Positions 38,301 to 51,949 of a stretch of DNA of 64,000 bases are shown in pieces; the stretch's first letter is position 1, and each line of letters opens with the position of its first letter. The stretch comes from Gekko japonicus. Lineage: Eukaryota. The notes under the pieces were generated by a model, which did not search any database, was not told the DNA's origin, and saw only the letters and a list, made by a program, of their open reading frames with translations. Location of the stretch: positions 1 through 64,000 of the forward strand of contig NW_015162055.1 of NCBI RefSeq assembly GCF_001447785.1, written 5' to 3'. Made by a program: the position numbers and the translations under genes.

Positions 38301-39502
38301 GGCCCTGTCAGAAGTCTCTTGTCATGTCTGCCTTTCTGTCCTTCCAAATCTGCCTTTAGAGAATTGTGGATGGCCTAGCCAGCTCAACAGGTGTGTCTTT
38401 TTCTCTGCAGAGTAGAAGAATTTGCCACGGGTTGTGTCAGCCCTTGGGGGCTCTGGGAGAGTTGTGGGGACTGGGCACACTTCCCTTGCTTGTCTGGTGT
38501 TCCTGGGGTGCCTGCCAAGCTGTCGTTATAGGGGGACGTTGGGGGACCCCTGTCAGAAGTTTCTTGTCACGTCTGCCTTTCTGTCATTGCATCACTTTAA
38601 ACTGAACACTCTGATTTCCACTGGTCTGGTGGCACTGGGGTGCCTGCCAAGCTGTTGTGTGGTAATTTTGGGGAGCCCCTGTTGAAACGCTGGGGATGTC
38701 TGCCTTTCTGTCCTTCAGAACATGCCTTTGGAGACTTGGGGGACTGCAAACATCTGGCGGGGGGGGTCTGCCCAGGTGAGTTTTCCCTGTGAATTTAGTG
38801 TCACTAGCTTGTTCCTGAGCTGTTCCATAGACTCTTGTAACTGCAGCTGGCTTTTCCAGAGAGTACATTGGAGAGACCTTTTTTGGGGGGGAGTGTCTGT
38901 AACAGGGTCCCCAGAAATGTAACCCACCCCCAACTTGGAGAGATTGTAGAGGAGCAGGCAGCAGGGTGAAGTTCTCTGTGCATTTGGTGTGTGTAGCTTG
39001 CAGGGGGTCCATTCTATATACTTTTGAACATGTGCCTGACATTTCCCCTCAAAGCACTTTGCTGGCTTGACCTTAAGCCTCTTGGGTTTGCAGTGCCACA
39101 GTGGCACTGGTTCTGCTGGGCTTTCAAAAATGCTCCACCACTTTCAGTTTCTACTGCAGAGATTCTTGGGGACTTTGATTCTGTTCTGCTTAGCTTCTAT
39201 TACCCTTGCATTGGGGGGGGGGCTGGTTTTTCCCTCCATTGGAAAGGAGTACCTTTGGGGGGGGGCGTAACTCAGCCCCTGTAAATCCAATCCTCACCAA
39301 ACTTGGAGAGCAGGCAGAGGATAGTCAGCTGGAGATTCCGTGCAAGTCTGATCTCTAGCACACAAGGGTTGATTCTACTGCATCACAAATTTCACAAACC
39401 AAACTGGTTTGTCTAGCATCAAAAAGTTTGTGACAGTCCGTGGTCCATGAACCAGGCATGTCATGAACCGAACCACATTTTCCCAGTTTGTTCCCATTCC
39501 TA
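38301..39502 (-). mobile_element. Unclassified long repeat with TAG(G/A)(G/A)ATGGG terminus and internal subrepeats; left part at about 35980-36290
   Basis: The terminus (reverse complement taggaatgggaacaaactgggaaaatg) matches 44437 onward. 38906-38955 matches 36203-36250, and 38990-39048 matches 52450-52503 in reverse complement. Confidence 0.6.
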
Positions 39503-40537
39503 ATGGTGGCCACCATTTCACATTCAAGGAGGCCTTTACAGGATGGGCTTCAGGAGGGCCTCTTTCAAAGTGGACGCTGAAGTACAGACTGGGTCAGAGC
39601 TTGCATGGGAAATCACTGTGATGGCCATGATGACCACCATGTACACTATGATTTCCCTAAAGGAATTAAAAATATCCTCCTTTTTCTGGGCCAAATAGTT
39701 TATTAGAAAGCGAATTATAATTAGCATTGTCTTTTCTGACAGGACATGTGTGGGTTCTTTGTGCTCTTAACACATCCATACATCAAGCACTCCAGTATGC
39801 CAGTAATCAGATTCAAATTTAAAATTAATTGCATAGGAAGTGCAGAAATAAGGCATAAGACATTTCTTCCTGTATGAAGCCTGGCTGCCTTGAGATAAAT
39901 GAAAAAAGACTCAGGAAAATGGCCATTAAAGTATTTGTTTGGTGCTGATATTTCTCAGAAAACTCCATCCATGTAGTGCTGTTTATTGATGCATTGCTGT
40001 TGGAGCTGCATGACAATCCACACTCAGCGTTCTGACACAAATAATGTTTATATTAAAGTGAAGTGTGCCTGCTTGAAGAGTGGCTTAATGAACACCATTA
40101 GAATAAAAAGGCAAACCATTTTGGCAGTTTTCTAAAATGTCATAGTTTCTGCAAATTTCTGGCATTGTCTTGCTGGATAGGTTTGATATATAATCCATTT
40201 TTTCCATAGAATTCCCACTGCTTGGTCACATCAGAAATCATCAGGAAAATGCCCAATTACATGATGAGTGTACACTAATAACACTCAGATTTTTTAAAAA
40301 ATGTTTATAGGGGCATTTTCCATGTATTTGATGACAACAGTAAGGCACTCCTACATCTGAAAGTGTAACAAAAGGTTATTAATGCATTCATTTTTACAAT
40401 GAGTTGTCATAGGCTCGCAGAGCATGGGAACACAAAGCTATCTAGACCCAGCCCTACCAAACCCCAAACCATTCTTCCATTGATCAACTTTCTCAATCTT
40501 CAGACAAGATCAAAGGGCCCATCAAAATAGTGCTTTC

Positions 40538-41047
40538 AGAGAGTAATTGATATTGAAATGCAAGAGCTTAGAGCTTTGGCTTCTGGTAGATGTTCCCCTG
40601 TAAGATGGGCACATTTTCCGATTAACGCCCCAGCACAATACTTAGCGGATCTGACCTCCCCACAGCTGCATAGAGCATTTATGCTGGCCTGATTTAATGT
40701 GCTCCCCTCTGCGGTTTTAGCAGGAAGATTTAAGAAAATCCCCTACTCTGTAAGGTTGTGATTGTGATTCAGAGGAGTTTGAAACAATTGAACATGTATT
40801 CTTCTATTGTAGTTTGTATGATGACATTCAGGAAGCCTATCTAGAAGATATTCTTAAGAATGATGCCAAGCGATCCGATGACAGAAGGTTGTATCGTTTA
40901 TTGGCTTCACAAAATATAGCGGTTATTGAAGTGGTTGCCAAGTTCTGTAACTGCCTTATAATGAGGAAGCTGTGTGTCAAATCCATGAACTGAATGGCGA
41001 CTGTATGATTATGATCTATGCCAATAAAGGTTTTGAACTTGAACTTG
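40538..41047 (+). mobile_element. 3' fragment of an RTE-X-like LINE with TSD
   Basis: Translates as RAFMLA*FNVLPSAVLAGRFKKIPY...ETIEHVFFYC. Ends with aataaa plus a (TTGAAC)n tail. TSD AATAGT(G/A)CTTTC at 40526-40537 and 41048-41059. Confidence 0.8.
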
Positions 41048-42879
41048 AATAGTACTTTCGTAATGTTGAGAAAGGGAGGAATAGACTATGGTAAAAGGAA
41101 ATGGCTGGAATCTGTAGACTACAAATAGGCTTTAGGAGAGTTAGAAAGGCAGTGTTAATATTTAATAAGAATATATTGCATACAAACATACATGGGATAA
41201 AACAGGGTTTTATTTCATGCACTTTAATTTTTCTTTAAAAAAGAGATGGTACACTATCATTTTTAGCCATCCACTGACAGAACCACTTCCAGAACATGCT
41301 GGGAAATATAGCAGCATTGTAAATCAACTGGGGGGGGGCTGGTCACCCCCACACCTCACTGTCACAGTGACTGGCTAGTACATAAGAGTTATAATAATGT
41401 TAACGGTGCATTAATGTTGCATAGGAAAAATTATTTATTCTAACCTGTACATCCTCCCTTCTGGCACCAGATGGCATTCCATATGTTGATAAATACTGTC
41501 TGAAAAGGTTAAGGTGGGGGGGACATGCTGATGAATAATACCTCCTGGATATGTTCCACAGAATGAGAATCAGAGTAGGCTGACAAGTATCGTCTGGTTC
41601 TCTTACAAAGACATGCAGAGAAAACCGATAAGAATCAAGTCCCAATCTTTGCTTTACTTGCAAAGATGTATGGAAAATTGAATTTCTATTTACTGCCACA
41701 GCTTTTGAGGGGTTATGAATCTATAAGAAAGGCCCCAGTGAATCCAGAGTATGCAAAATTTTCCTTACAGAATGTGATTAAAAACCTACCTGGGCACTGT
41801 ACAGATGGTGTGCTTATGAAGATATATGGTGAAAAGTTAACAAATGTCAAGCAGATGTTTTGCTATGAAGAGAGAAGGAAAAGTGATGAGTATTGATAAG
41901 GTATTTGGCTACAGGCGACCAAATATGTGCTGAGAATACAAACTGTTCTGTTTGAGCTGAGTCCTGCAGTGCATCCTCTGGACAGCCATGCTCAAAAAGT
42001 AAATAAGCACTACTTTGACTGTAGTTTATCAAAATTGTCTAGAAAAAGGTGGGTTGAACTGATTTGCAGGTAGGGACCTGTTATGAATGGTACAGCTCAA
42101 TGTTTGCCAGGGAGTCATTTTTTCTTAATTACTATATCCTTCATTCAATTGTCAGCTGCCCCTCATTCCACTATTAATAATTTTATCTGAATCCACAAAT
42201 TAGCCAAATTATTATACAACAATTTACAAATTCTCCACCCACAGTATCCATGAACCTGTGCTGTTGAGTAGGAATGAGTATTTCCTGCTTCATTTCTGTT
42301 CATAGTCGTTTGTTTTTGTTTTTATTTATTTTCTTTACTATAGTTATGGCCCTCTTTCTCACTGAGACTTAAGGCAGATTGCACAGTGTAAAACAATACA
42401 ATAACATGAGACATCCACTAAACAATACAAAAGGACCAGGATTACAAAAATTATAAACAGGCTTAATCATGTTATGTCATAAACAATGCAAAAAATGGAA
42501 TTACAAAAGTAGAAAAATGCATGAAGAGCAAGATAATACGTACAATAAACTGTGGAATAGACCACAATTCTGTTCATTTTATAAAAGCACCCTCCCAAAT
42601 CATTCTATTATGCCAAAACTCTATTCCCATTGTAAAAATACCCTCCTAAACAATTCTACCTCTACCACATCACCAGACAATGTGGATATAAAAATATAGA
42701 GAAATATAGAGCTGGGTGTCACCAGTTTATTGTTGGCAGCCAACTCCAAACCATGGGTGGTTTCTTCTGAGGGCTTTACATGAAGATGAATAGTTTGTGT
42801 GTGTGTGGGGGGGGGCCTTGTTGAAACCCACAGAAAAAAATCTCACACTGATGTCAACTGGTCTCCAATATCAGCGAAT

Positions 42880-43099
42880 AGTGTGGAGTAGTGGTTAAGA
42901 GTGGCGGACTCTAATTTGGAGAGCTGGGTTTGATTCCCCAGTCCTTCACATGAAGCCTGCTGGGTGACCTTGGGCCAGTCATAATTCTCTCAGAACTCTC
43001 AGCCCCACCCACCTCACAAAATGACTGTTCTGGGGATAGGAAGGGGAAGATGATTGTAAGCTACTTTGAGACTCCTTAGGGTAGAGAAAAGTAGGATAT
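42880..43099 (+). mobile_element. Squam3-like tRNA-derived SINE
   Basis: A-box tggagtagtggttaagag, B-box gggtttgattcccc and an L2-like tail tgtaagctactttgagactcc...gggtagagaaaag. Confidence 0.85.
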
Positions 43100-43537
43100 G
43101 TTGTTGTTCAGTCGCACAGTCGAGTCCAACTCTTTGCGACCCCATGGACCAGCTCCCGCCAGGCCTTCCGGTCTTCCGCTGTCCTCTGAAGTTTGCTCAA
43201 CTTCATGTCCGTTGCATTGATGACACTGTCTAACCATCTCATCCTTTGCCGTCCCTGTCTTCTTTGACCTTCAATCTTTCCCAGCATCAGGGTCTTCTCC
43301 AATGAGTGCTCCCTTCTCATTTGGTGGCCAAAGTATTTGAGCTTCAGTTTCATTATCTGGCCTTCCAGGGGACAGTCAGGGTTGATTTCTTTTAGGATTG
43401 ACTGATTTGTTCTTCTTGCAGTCCAAGGGACTCTCAAGAGTCTCCTCCAGCACCAAAAGAATCTATTCTTCGGCGCTCGGCCTTCCTTATAGTCCAACTC
43501 TCGCAGCCATACATGACTACTGGGAATACCATTGCTT
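43100..43537 (-). mobile_element. BovB (RTE clade) LINE 3' fragment
   Basis: WCWRRLLRVPWTARRTNQSILKEINPD...LKLKYFGH...SLEKTLMLGKIEG.RRQGRQRMRWLD...VHGVAKSWTRL and a (CAA)n tail. Confidence 0.92.
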
Positions 43538-44704
43538 CTTCTCTGAGAGTAACAATTTATACCAACCCCCTGATTCCTACTTCTAACCCCAGATGTCTAT
43601 AGAAGATGGCATGGTCCACTGTATCAAAGGCTGTTGAAAAATCCAGTAGGAGCAACAAAGAGGCATGACCCTTGTCTACATTCAGATGGAGATCATCAAC
43701 TTAAACAACAGTGCTGTCTGCATTCCACAGTCTGGCCTGAAATCAGAAGAAAAGGGTCCAGAACAGATGAGTCACCAAGGAACACCTGAAGTTATTCTGC
43801 AACAGCTGTCTCTATCACCTTGCCCAGAAACAACAAATTAGAAACTAGGAAATAATTGACCTCATAATTTTTCTGTAGTGATAGGTTTAATTTTTTTTAT
43901 TTATCTTTGAAATTTTAGTTTAGTTGAAATTTTATATTTTACTTTTGAAAGTAATGAATGGCTAATCACCTCTGAGTAGCCAAGAGAAGACACCTTGAGT
44001 CATTCATGAAAAACCTGTTCTGCTAACACTCTCTCATGCATCTTGCCTATGCAGGGCAGGTTAGAGACCAGGCAATAACTAGCCACATCATTTTTCTGTG
44101 GTGATGTTTTGTAAAAACTTTCACTTTGAGTGGCTGAGGGAAGGGATCCTGAGCCAGTGATGGATTTATAATGGGTATTAATGACTTGCTTATATGGTCC
44201 TTACCAGAGCACAAGTGGTGGCCTTCACCGTTCTCAAAATTCTGCCAATATTCATAATGGTATCTGAGTCAAAATGATACATAAATGGACAAGATAATGC
44301 CTAATCTATAGTACAACAAACATCCAAATTGTAATGTATTTAAAAGATTTTATCAGCAGAAAACTTTGAAAAGTTCCACAACATCACCTATCACCTATCC
44401 CCAATAATTTAAAGGCTCATGTTTAGTCATCAGCAAAAGAGATGGGCACAAACAGGGAAAATGCAGTTCAGTTTGTGATGGGCCCATGAACCGAACCATG
44501 AAACAAACCAAACTAAAATGGCCTCATATGAACCGAGATAAAGGGCCAATATTAAAAATCTAGGGTAAACTTAATATATACAAAAATACATGTATTTACT
44601 AGAAAGACACTTAAAAACAAATAAGGACCCAATGAAAGCCTTGTTACAAAGTGAAAGTGGCCTCAGCACAAAGGCCAATACATGAACCGAACCAGTTCAT
44701 TAAC

Positions 44705-46880
44705 TTTTTTTAATTAAATTTATTTGTAGGTTATGTTACAAAAGCAAAAATACAGTACATAACTAATATTTTGGAGTTTACGTTAAACATTCTTTCCAAA
44801 TCATTTGTTAACTCTATACCATCTTTTTTGAAAAGCTTTCCCATCTTTTCCTGAAAGTATCATATTCAATTTATCCATTTCTGCAAGTTCAGATATTTTA
44901 GTAACCAACTCTTCTCTAGTGGGTAATTTCTCTGCCTTCCAACATTTAGCAACAAGAATTCTGGCTGTGGTAAGTATATATGACAAAATACATGTTTCAT
45001 CATGCCCAAATCCTTCTGGTATTATATTTAACAAATAACTTTCTGGTATCCATAATCTCTAATATTAGCTGTTTAATATCTTTCCAACATTTATAAATTT
45101 TCTCGCACTGCCACCACATGTGGAAGAATGTACCTATGTTATTTTTGCACCTCCAACAGTTTCTTGATACCTCCTTGTAACATTTGGCCATTCTATCCGG
45201 TGACCAGTGCCAGCTATAAAACATTTTAAATATATTTTCTTTATACGACGTTGATCTTAGTAATTTAACTGCTTTCCAAATTTTTGACCAGTCATCTATG
45301 TACAGGCTATATCCTATATCCTGCATCCATACAACCATTGAAGATTTAACTATTTCATCTTGCATTACATCATGTAGTAAAAAATTATACAACTTTTGAA
45401 TCAGCTTATCGGAGGTTGGAAGAAAATTCAGAAACGAATAAGAGAAGTAGTAGGTGTAGATCTGCCACTTAACCCTGAAATTTACTTGCTAAATATGATC
45501 CCAAAGGAGTACGATTATAATAAATCATATGTGATGATATATATTTTGACGGCAGCAAGAATCCTTTGGGCAAAATATTGGAAATCAGATAAAATACCTC
45601 AAAGAGAAGAATTAATATACAAACTATTGAATGTAGCAGAAGTTGATAAACTGAATGTATTACTGTGCGGAAAGGATGAAAATATTTTTGAAAAAAGATG
45701 GTCAGGATTGTACCAGTGGTTAGAGAAAGAGCGAAACATAAGACTCTAATGTATATTTAATTTTGTATATGTTTTTTCCTGTAAATGTTTATAAACTCAT
45801 AAATAAATTTTCCAAAAAAAAAAGATTTAACTATTTCATCTTGCATTACACCATGTAGTAAAAATTTATACAACTTTTGAATCAGCTTATCAGAGGTTGA
45901 TAGCGATATTTTATCTAAATCTGTTTTTGAACTATAAAAACTCATTGTTTTGTCTTTAGTAAATCTTGATTGCAGTTGTGAAATCTCCCACCATGTAAGG
46001 TTTATATTCATTGCTCGTAGTGCCTCAATCAATTTTAACTCATTGTTCTCATTCAATAACATTTCATAGGTTGCCCTTTTAGTTTCAGACATCAAACTTG
46101 GTTTTACAAAGGCCTCAAGAGGTGAGACCCAGATGGGTATTTTAGGATAAAACCTTTCTTTTATTTTCCTCCAGATCTTTATTAATGCCCCTCTGATTGC
46201 ATGTTTATGAAAATTTGAATGGATTTTATCTTTGTCATACCATATATATAGGCATGCCAGCCCATATACAGATCATGACCTTCTAGTTGTAGCAATATTT
46301 TATCTTCCAACATTAACCAATTCCTAATCCATCCCAAAACTGATGCCTGATAATATAAAGACCAATTGGGTAGGCCAAGGCCACCTCTCTCTTTTTTGTC
46401 TTGAAGAAGCTTCCATCTAATACGAGGTTTTTTGGACTGCCAAATAAATTTTCATACTATCTTATCCAAATCTATAAAGAAGTTATTATTTTTCAACAAA
46501 AGGAGAAGAGTATAAACTTCAAGCCTTCGCCGACAACTTAGTATTCATTTTGGAAGACCCAATAGTATCTACTTCACATCTGTTCAATATAATACAAGAA
46601 TATGGTTCTGTAGCAGGACTCAAAATAAATCTTAAACAAACTAAGATACTGACAAAACCTGTTCTCAGGACTTAATAACTACTAATATAGAGGTGGTTAA
46701 TAAAATCAAATATTTAGATATAATCTTGTCAAACAGAAATACCACATTATTTGAATACAACTATAAGAAATTACTAGAAGATATTAAGAAAGATTTGCAT
46801 AAATGGCAGAATTTACACTTATCATTTATGGGTAGAATTGCAACTATTAAAATGAATATTCTCCCATGTTTTCTATTTCT
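44705..46880 (-). mobile_element. L1-clade LINE 3' portion with inverted 5' segment (46500-46880 on +)
   Basis: Minus strand: KFIWQSKKPRI...GGLGLPNW...LEGHDL...CWRCKNNIGTFFHMWWQC. Plus strand: KGEEYKLQAFADNL...GRIATIKMNILPCFLFL. Confidence 0.88.
45419..45821 (+). mobile_element. Short L1 3' end with poly(A), nested antisense in the previous L1
   Basis: WKKIQKRI...PEIYLLN...YILTAARILWAKYWK...W, followed by aataaa and poly(A) at 45814-45823. Flanked by 78-bp direct repeats. Confidence 0.9.
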
Positions 46881-47453
46881 GGCACAGTACTTTAACTTTG
46901 TGATGTGGCAGAATGCCCCCCCCCCTGGTGTGCCAAAGACTTCAAATTCACAGGGGATCTCCAGATTAATCTCCAGTCAATCAGAGGATTTCATTCTGAT
47001 CGGTTCCGGTTTCCGGTGAGGTGGACGTAATTGGCTTGTTAGGGAGCTCTGAAGATAACTAAGCTGCAAAGGTTTTTAAATAACTATTTATGTTCTACAT
47101 TCAGATTTTGTTATCTAGCCTAATGGAGGCTTGAGAACTCATCTGTTATCTAAATAGTTACCTAGTAGGGCAATTCTCCAGGCCTTGGAAGTAGTGCCTA
47201 AGAAAAGAAATTTGTGTTGTTCAAACTCGTGGCTTGTTTAAAATTGATTTAGAACGGGGTTTCTTCTGTAAAGAGGAAACTCTAAACAACTAAGTAAAAG
47301 GAAATTCTAAGTAAATATTTTAACACCAAGCTGCATTGAAGCTGCTGGCATTATTGTGATGGAAGTGAGAGACAGGGAGCAATGATAAGGAAGTCAAAGC
47401 AATTTGGATAACATAAACAACACAATAGCAAGCTGTAACATAATTAGCACCAA

Positions 47454-48512
47454 ATGGGGCAGAAGAAAAGAGCTTACCCTTTTGAAGGTGAAAACATATC
47501 TCCGACTCCCAAGCAGTCTAAATGGGAAGACTTTTATGCCCCAATAAAACTATCAAACAGATTTGAATGCCTGGAGGAGGAGGTGGTGGAGCCAGACTGT
47601 TCTTCAATCCAGGTTACTTCCAAGGAAGCCCAGAATTGCAACTTATCACCCCATTCAAGCATTATACAATCAGCCAAGCACTCCGAAGAACTAGAATTGC
47701 TTGCACGCCATACAACTCTGGTTGCACAATCTTTGCAAACAATTTTCACTCAACTAGAAATAATTCTATCATTGTTGGAGATGGGCAGAGATTTTACAAC
47801 TAAAAGCACAAAGTATGCTCACGAAACAAAGCATGCTCATGAAATAATCAGGCCTGATGGTGACAAGATGGTGGGGACCATAAATACCTCTACAAAGCCC
47901 ACAGATCTAGAAAATAAGCTGGAGGTTTATAAGGAAAAGGAAAACTATTTTTCTTTGATCTATAATTCAAAAAGCATTGTTGTAAATGTCCTGCCAATGA
48001 GGGGGAGATATATAGACTAGAGTTCTAAATGGAAGGCAAAAGGCCATCTGGCTTCTTTCCTTAGGTCAGCCCCTGGACATATTGATCTTGCCCAAGTGGA
48101 AAGACTGGAAGGTCCAGCAATTTTAGATCACCCAACTCCCCCAAATTTATCCTCTCCATTAAAGGCAATGGACATGAAGACCATTAACTTTACAAATAGC
48201 CCTGACAAATTACATCAATGGTCGGAGGATAACCAAAATGATCAAATGGACCAGGACCCCAATTGTCCAGAAGAAGATATCGGATCTCACTTATTAATGT
48301 CCTTTGCGATTCTGCCAGCACATGATCAAGATGTTTTGACAGACCGCCTAGATCTACTGGTATCCACTTTGAAGGGTTTAAAAAGACCTACTGAAGACAA
48401 GGAGAGAGAATCTGATGATAATGCTAATACCATCACATTACTGAAGACGGTAGATGAAGAGACCTCCACTGGAGAAACATGGTCTACCTTTAGAACCAAC
48501 TATTATAACTAA
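47454..48512 (+). pseudogene. LINE ORF1 remnant
   Basis: MGQKKR...IKLSNRFECLEE (NRFxxL motif common in non-LTR ORF1s) followed by a coiled-coil-like stretch. Interrupted by a stop at 48018-48020. Confidence 0.65.
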
Positions 48513-48567
48513 CAGAGGAAATCCTAATTCTAATTTGATTATTCCATCTGATAATCCTGAAGTCTGT

Positions 48568-51500
48568 ATGATAACGGAGTCCTCCTCTCCACTTGCTGGA
48601 GAAAAGTGCCCCTAACTATCCCCAAAGAAGCCACTTGAAATGTTGTCCTGAAATGTAGCAGGATGGTCACGATGTCTTTATTCGTATATAGATGTTCCCT
48701 TCTTTCAATGTGACTTTGACATCATAATTCTACAGGAGACCTGGTCGGCAGAAACCTTACATCTAGATGGATACTATTCCTATAATTTAGCGGCTATGTT
48801 AGGAAAAGGCTCGAGAAGATTAAAGGGAGGGCTGGGTATTTTAATTTCTAATTCTCTTAAGGCTCACTGTGTATTGAAATCCACTATGGACTGATTAGCT
48901 ATGGCCTTATTGGTGAGGTTGGAGAAGGAGAATATAATTATAGTAAATGCTTATCTCCCACCTCTATCGAAAAAGTCCCTCATTGAGGAAAACTGGATAG
49001 CACTAGATAACTTCATTACAGACCTTATTCTAGAACATCCTGATGCCCAAATCTTATTGGCAGGTGATCTAAATGCCCGCTTGGGACAAAATGATGCAGT
49101 ACTAGCATCTAAATTTAACTCGCTAATAGAGGATCATGATCAGATGGGGTTGCCTTTTATGCGTATATCTAAAGATTGTGGAATGAACTTTGCATGGGTT
49201 TGTCTTACTAAACTTGCACAAAGAAAAGAGCTATATATCTTAAATGGGGCCTTCCATGGTGATCATCCTGGGGAATATGCCTTTGTAGTAGGAAATAGAA
49301 TGAGTTCCATTGATTATATGTTGGTGTGCAATACATTACTCCCTATTATTAAATCCTTCCAGGTACTCCCATACTTGGAAGGTGACCACTTACCTTTATA
49401 TTTACAGATAGATATTCCTTTGAATCCAAACCATCAAGAGGTCCAATATCCACCACAAGTAGAATGTTTAGGGGAAAGACTAAGGTGGGTCAGCAAATTA
49501 AATAAAAATGTAAAAGAATGATTAACATCTGAAAATTTGCAGAAATATATATCAGTAATTACAAACCCTGATACTACTCAAGACCCCTTAATAGACTATC
49601 AGACCCTCATTCAGAAGCTCAAGTCTATTATGACAGCCCCGGTAAGGAAAAAATTACATCAACATCATAGAAATGACAAACCTTGGTTTGATTCTGAATG
49701 TCGTCATGTACAAAAGGAATTAAAACGTCTATACTTTCTCTCTTTGAATAATAATCTAGAAAGAAAATCTGAATCTCAAATTGCTTTACTGAAACAGAAA
49801 AAACTATATAAATGTATTATTCAAAAGTAAAAGAGAGAATATACACAGAAACTATGGGACAATCTTATAATGGCCGTAAAGCAAAATAACTCTGCTCTAT
49901 TTTGGAAATAAACTAGTTCTCGGGGACCCAAAATGCCCTCAACCCTAGACACCCATATACCAGCAGATGGCTGGACAACCTTTTTTCAAAATCTCTACAA
50001 TGACCATAAACAGTCCCCCTTTTGGGGAATTACAGACGATCTCCCCTTATGGCCACCGGTTTTCAACAAGAAATAAAAGCCCACATAGCCCGTTTAAAAA
50101 ACAGAAAGTCACCTGGGTTAGATGGAATACCCGCTGAAGTTTTAAAGGAGAATGTAGATTGGTGGGGGCAGTTTTAGGCAACCTTTTTTACTTACATCGA
50201 CCAAATTCCAAAGCAGTAGGGAACTGCTATAGTGGTCCCAATCTTTAAGAAGGGCAATAAATCCAGCAAATTACAGACCTATAAATCTATTAAACATCAT
50301 TAGCAAAATATACACAAGACATCTCCTTGAGAAAATAGAAACATGGCTGGAACAAGAAGAAATCATCCCATTAGAGCAAGCAGGCTTTAGAGCAGAACGG
50401 TCATCAACTGATTATTGTTTAGTGTTGCAACAGCTAATTGAAAAATATGCTGCCAAAAGCCCTACCTCCTTGTATGCTGCCTTCATTGATTTGAAGGCTG
50501 CTTTCAATTCCATCTCAAGACAAAGATTATGGCAAAAATTTGAACGTTCCACCATAGATAAAAGACTGTTTTATCTCGTTCGCACCCTACATTAGGAGTC
50601 ATACCTCAGAGTGAAATATAATTTGCAGGGCTCACTTACTAATCCAATAAGGACATTTAAGGGAGTTAGGCAGGGTTGCCTTTTGGCCCCAATACTATTT
50701 AACTACTACAGTAGCGATATGGTGAAACACATGACATATCCCAATTTCCACCCACCAAAGCTTGCTTCATGTCACCTACAGATTCTGCTATATGCAGATG
50801 ATGCGGCCCTGCTATCTAGAACACAGCTAGGATTACAAAGGGCACTAGATTGTTTCACAATATACTGTGAGAAAGAACACCTGGTGGTAAACTTTGATAA
50901 AACAAAAGTGATGGTATTTGGTAGACATCACAAGAAGTATTTGTGGACAATGAAAGGAAACAAAATTGAGCAGGTAAATAAATTTGTTTACCTGGGTGTG
51001 GCCATTCAGGACTCGGGAGCTAACTCAGCACACTGTAATATGAGGGTGGGAAAATCTGAGAAAACAGAACATGCTATCTTGATATTTTATCAATCTAAGG
51101 GAGGGGTATGTTCCGGCAGCATTGAAGTTGTTTCAAGCTAAAGTAGTAATGCAGCTCCCTTTATGGTATCTACTTGGGAATTTCTGCCACGAATTTATGT
51201 GCTCTTGAGAAGGTTCAATCCAGATTCATTCACAAAGTTTTACAGGTTCCTTCAGGGGTGCTGAATGCCCTTCTACGCCTAGAAACTGGTCTAATGAGAA
51301 TAGAAGCCAGAGTATTGTTATCCTCTGCATATCAATGGTTCAAGATTAATTCAAATCAAAAATTACTTTCCCCCTGAATAAACAAAGACCCCTATCAGCC
51401 AAGGTGGATTCGAATGACCAAGACTAATTTAGAAAAAATTGGACTCTCACCTGAGGATTTATTGGTGCAAAACAGCATACAGGCAAGAAGTATAATAAAA

Positions 51501-51949
51501 CAAAGGATTTGTGATCTAGAGCACCAAGGGGATTTAAACTGAGCTCCTTCTTTTCTGGTCCATAATGACTCCAGATATGTAATGAAAATGGCTAAATACC
51601 TGACTTATCTGGATGTGCCACCCTATAGAAGAGCTCTTACCCTGGCTCATTGTGCGGCTATTCCCTCTAAGGTTTTAGAAGGAAAATATAGAAAGATACC
51701 ATAGAGCATGGGTGCTGCCCATGCTCTATGGGTGAAGTGGAATCAATATTTCACATGTTCTTTCACTGTCCTTTTCATCAGGTTTACAGGCATAAGCTTA
51801 TTGCCCCCCTCTTGGCTAGACCAGCACTTGATGCAGATAGGGCTGATCTAGAGACACTTTTAATAGAGGAAAATCAGCAGATCTCCAGACAAATAGCAAA
51901 ATTCTGCTTGCAACTGGTAAAATTTCACAGTAAGAAGCAGATCAAGTAG
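48568..51949 (+). pseudogene. LINE ORF2 remnant: AP endonuclease, RT, CCHC
   Basis: S*NVAG, ILQETW, AGDLNAR, IDY, GDHLPL; SPGLDGIP, NYRPI, QAGFR, FIDLKAAF, GVRQGCLLAP, LLYADD, FVYLG; GEVESIFHMFFHCP. Multiple stops and frameshifts. Confidence 0.9.

Larger units (their letters stand above)
42320..43880 (-). mobile_element. Old degenerate L2, interrupted by a SINE and BovB
   Basis: L2-type tail at about 42320-42390, DTQL remnant near 42708-42726, and LLLLDFSTAFDTVDH at about 43610-43660. Confidence 0.65.
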
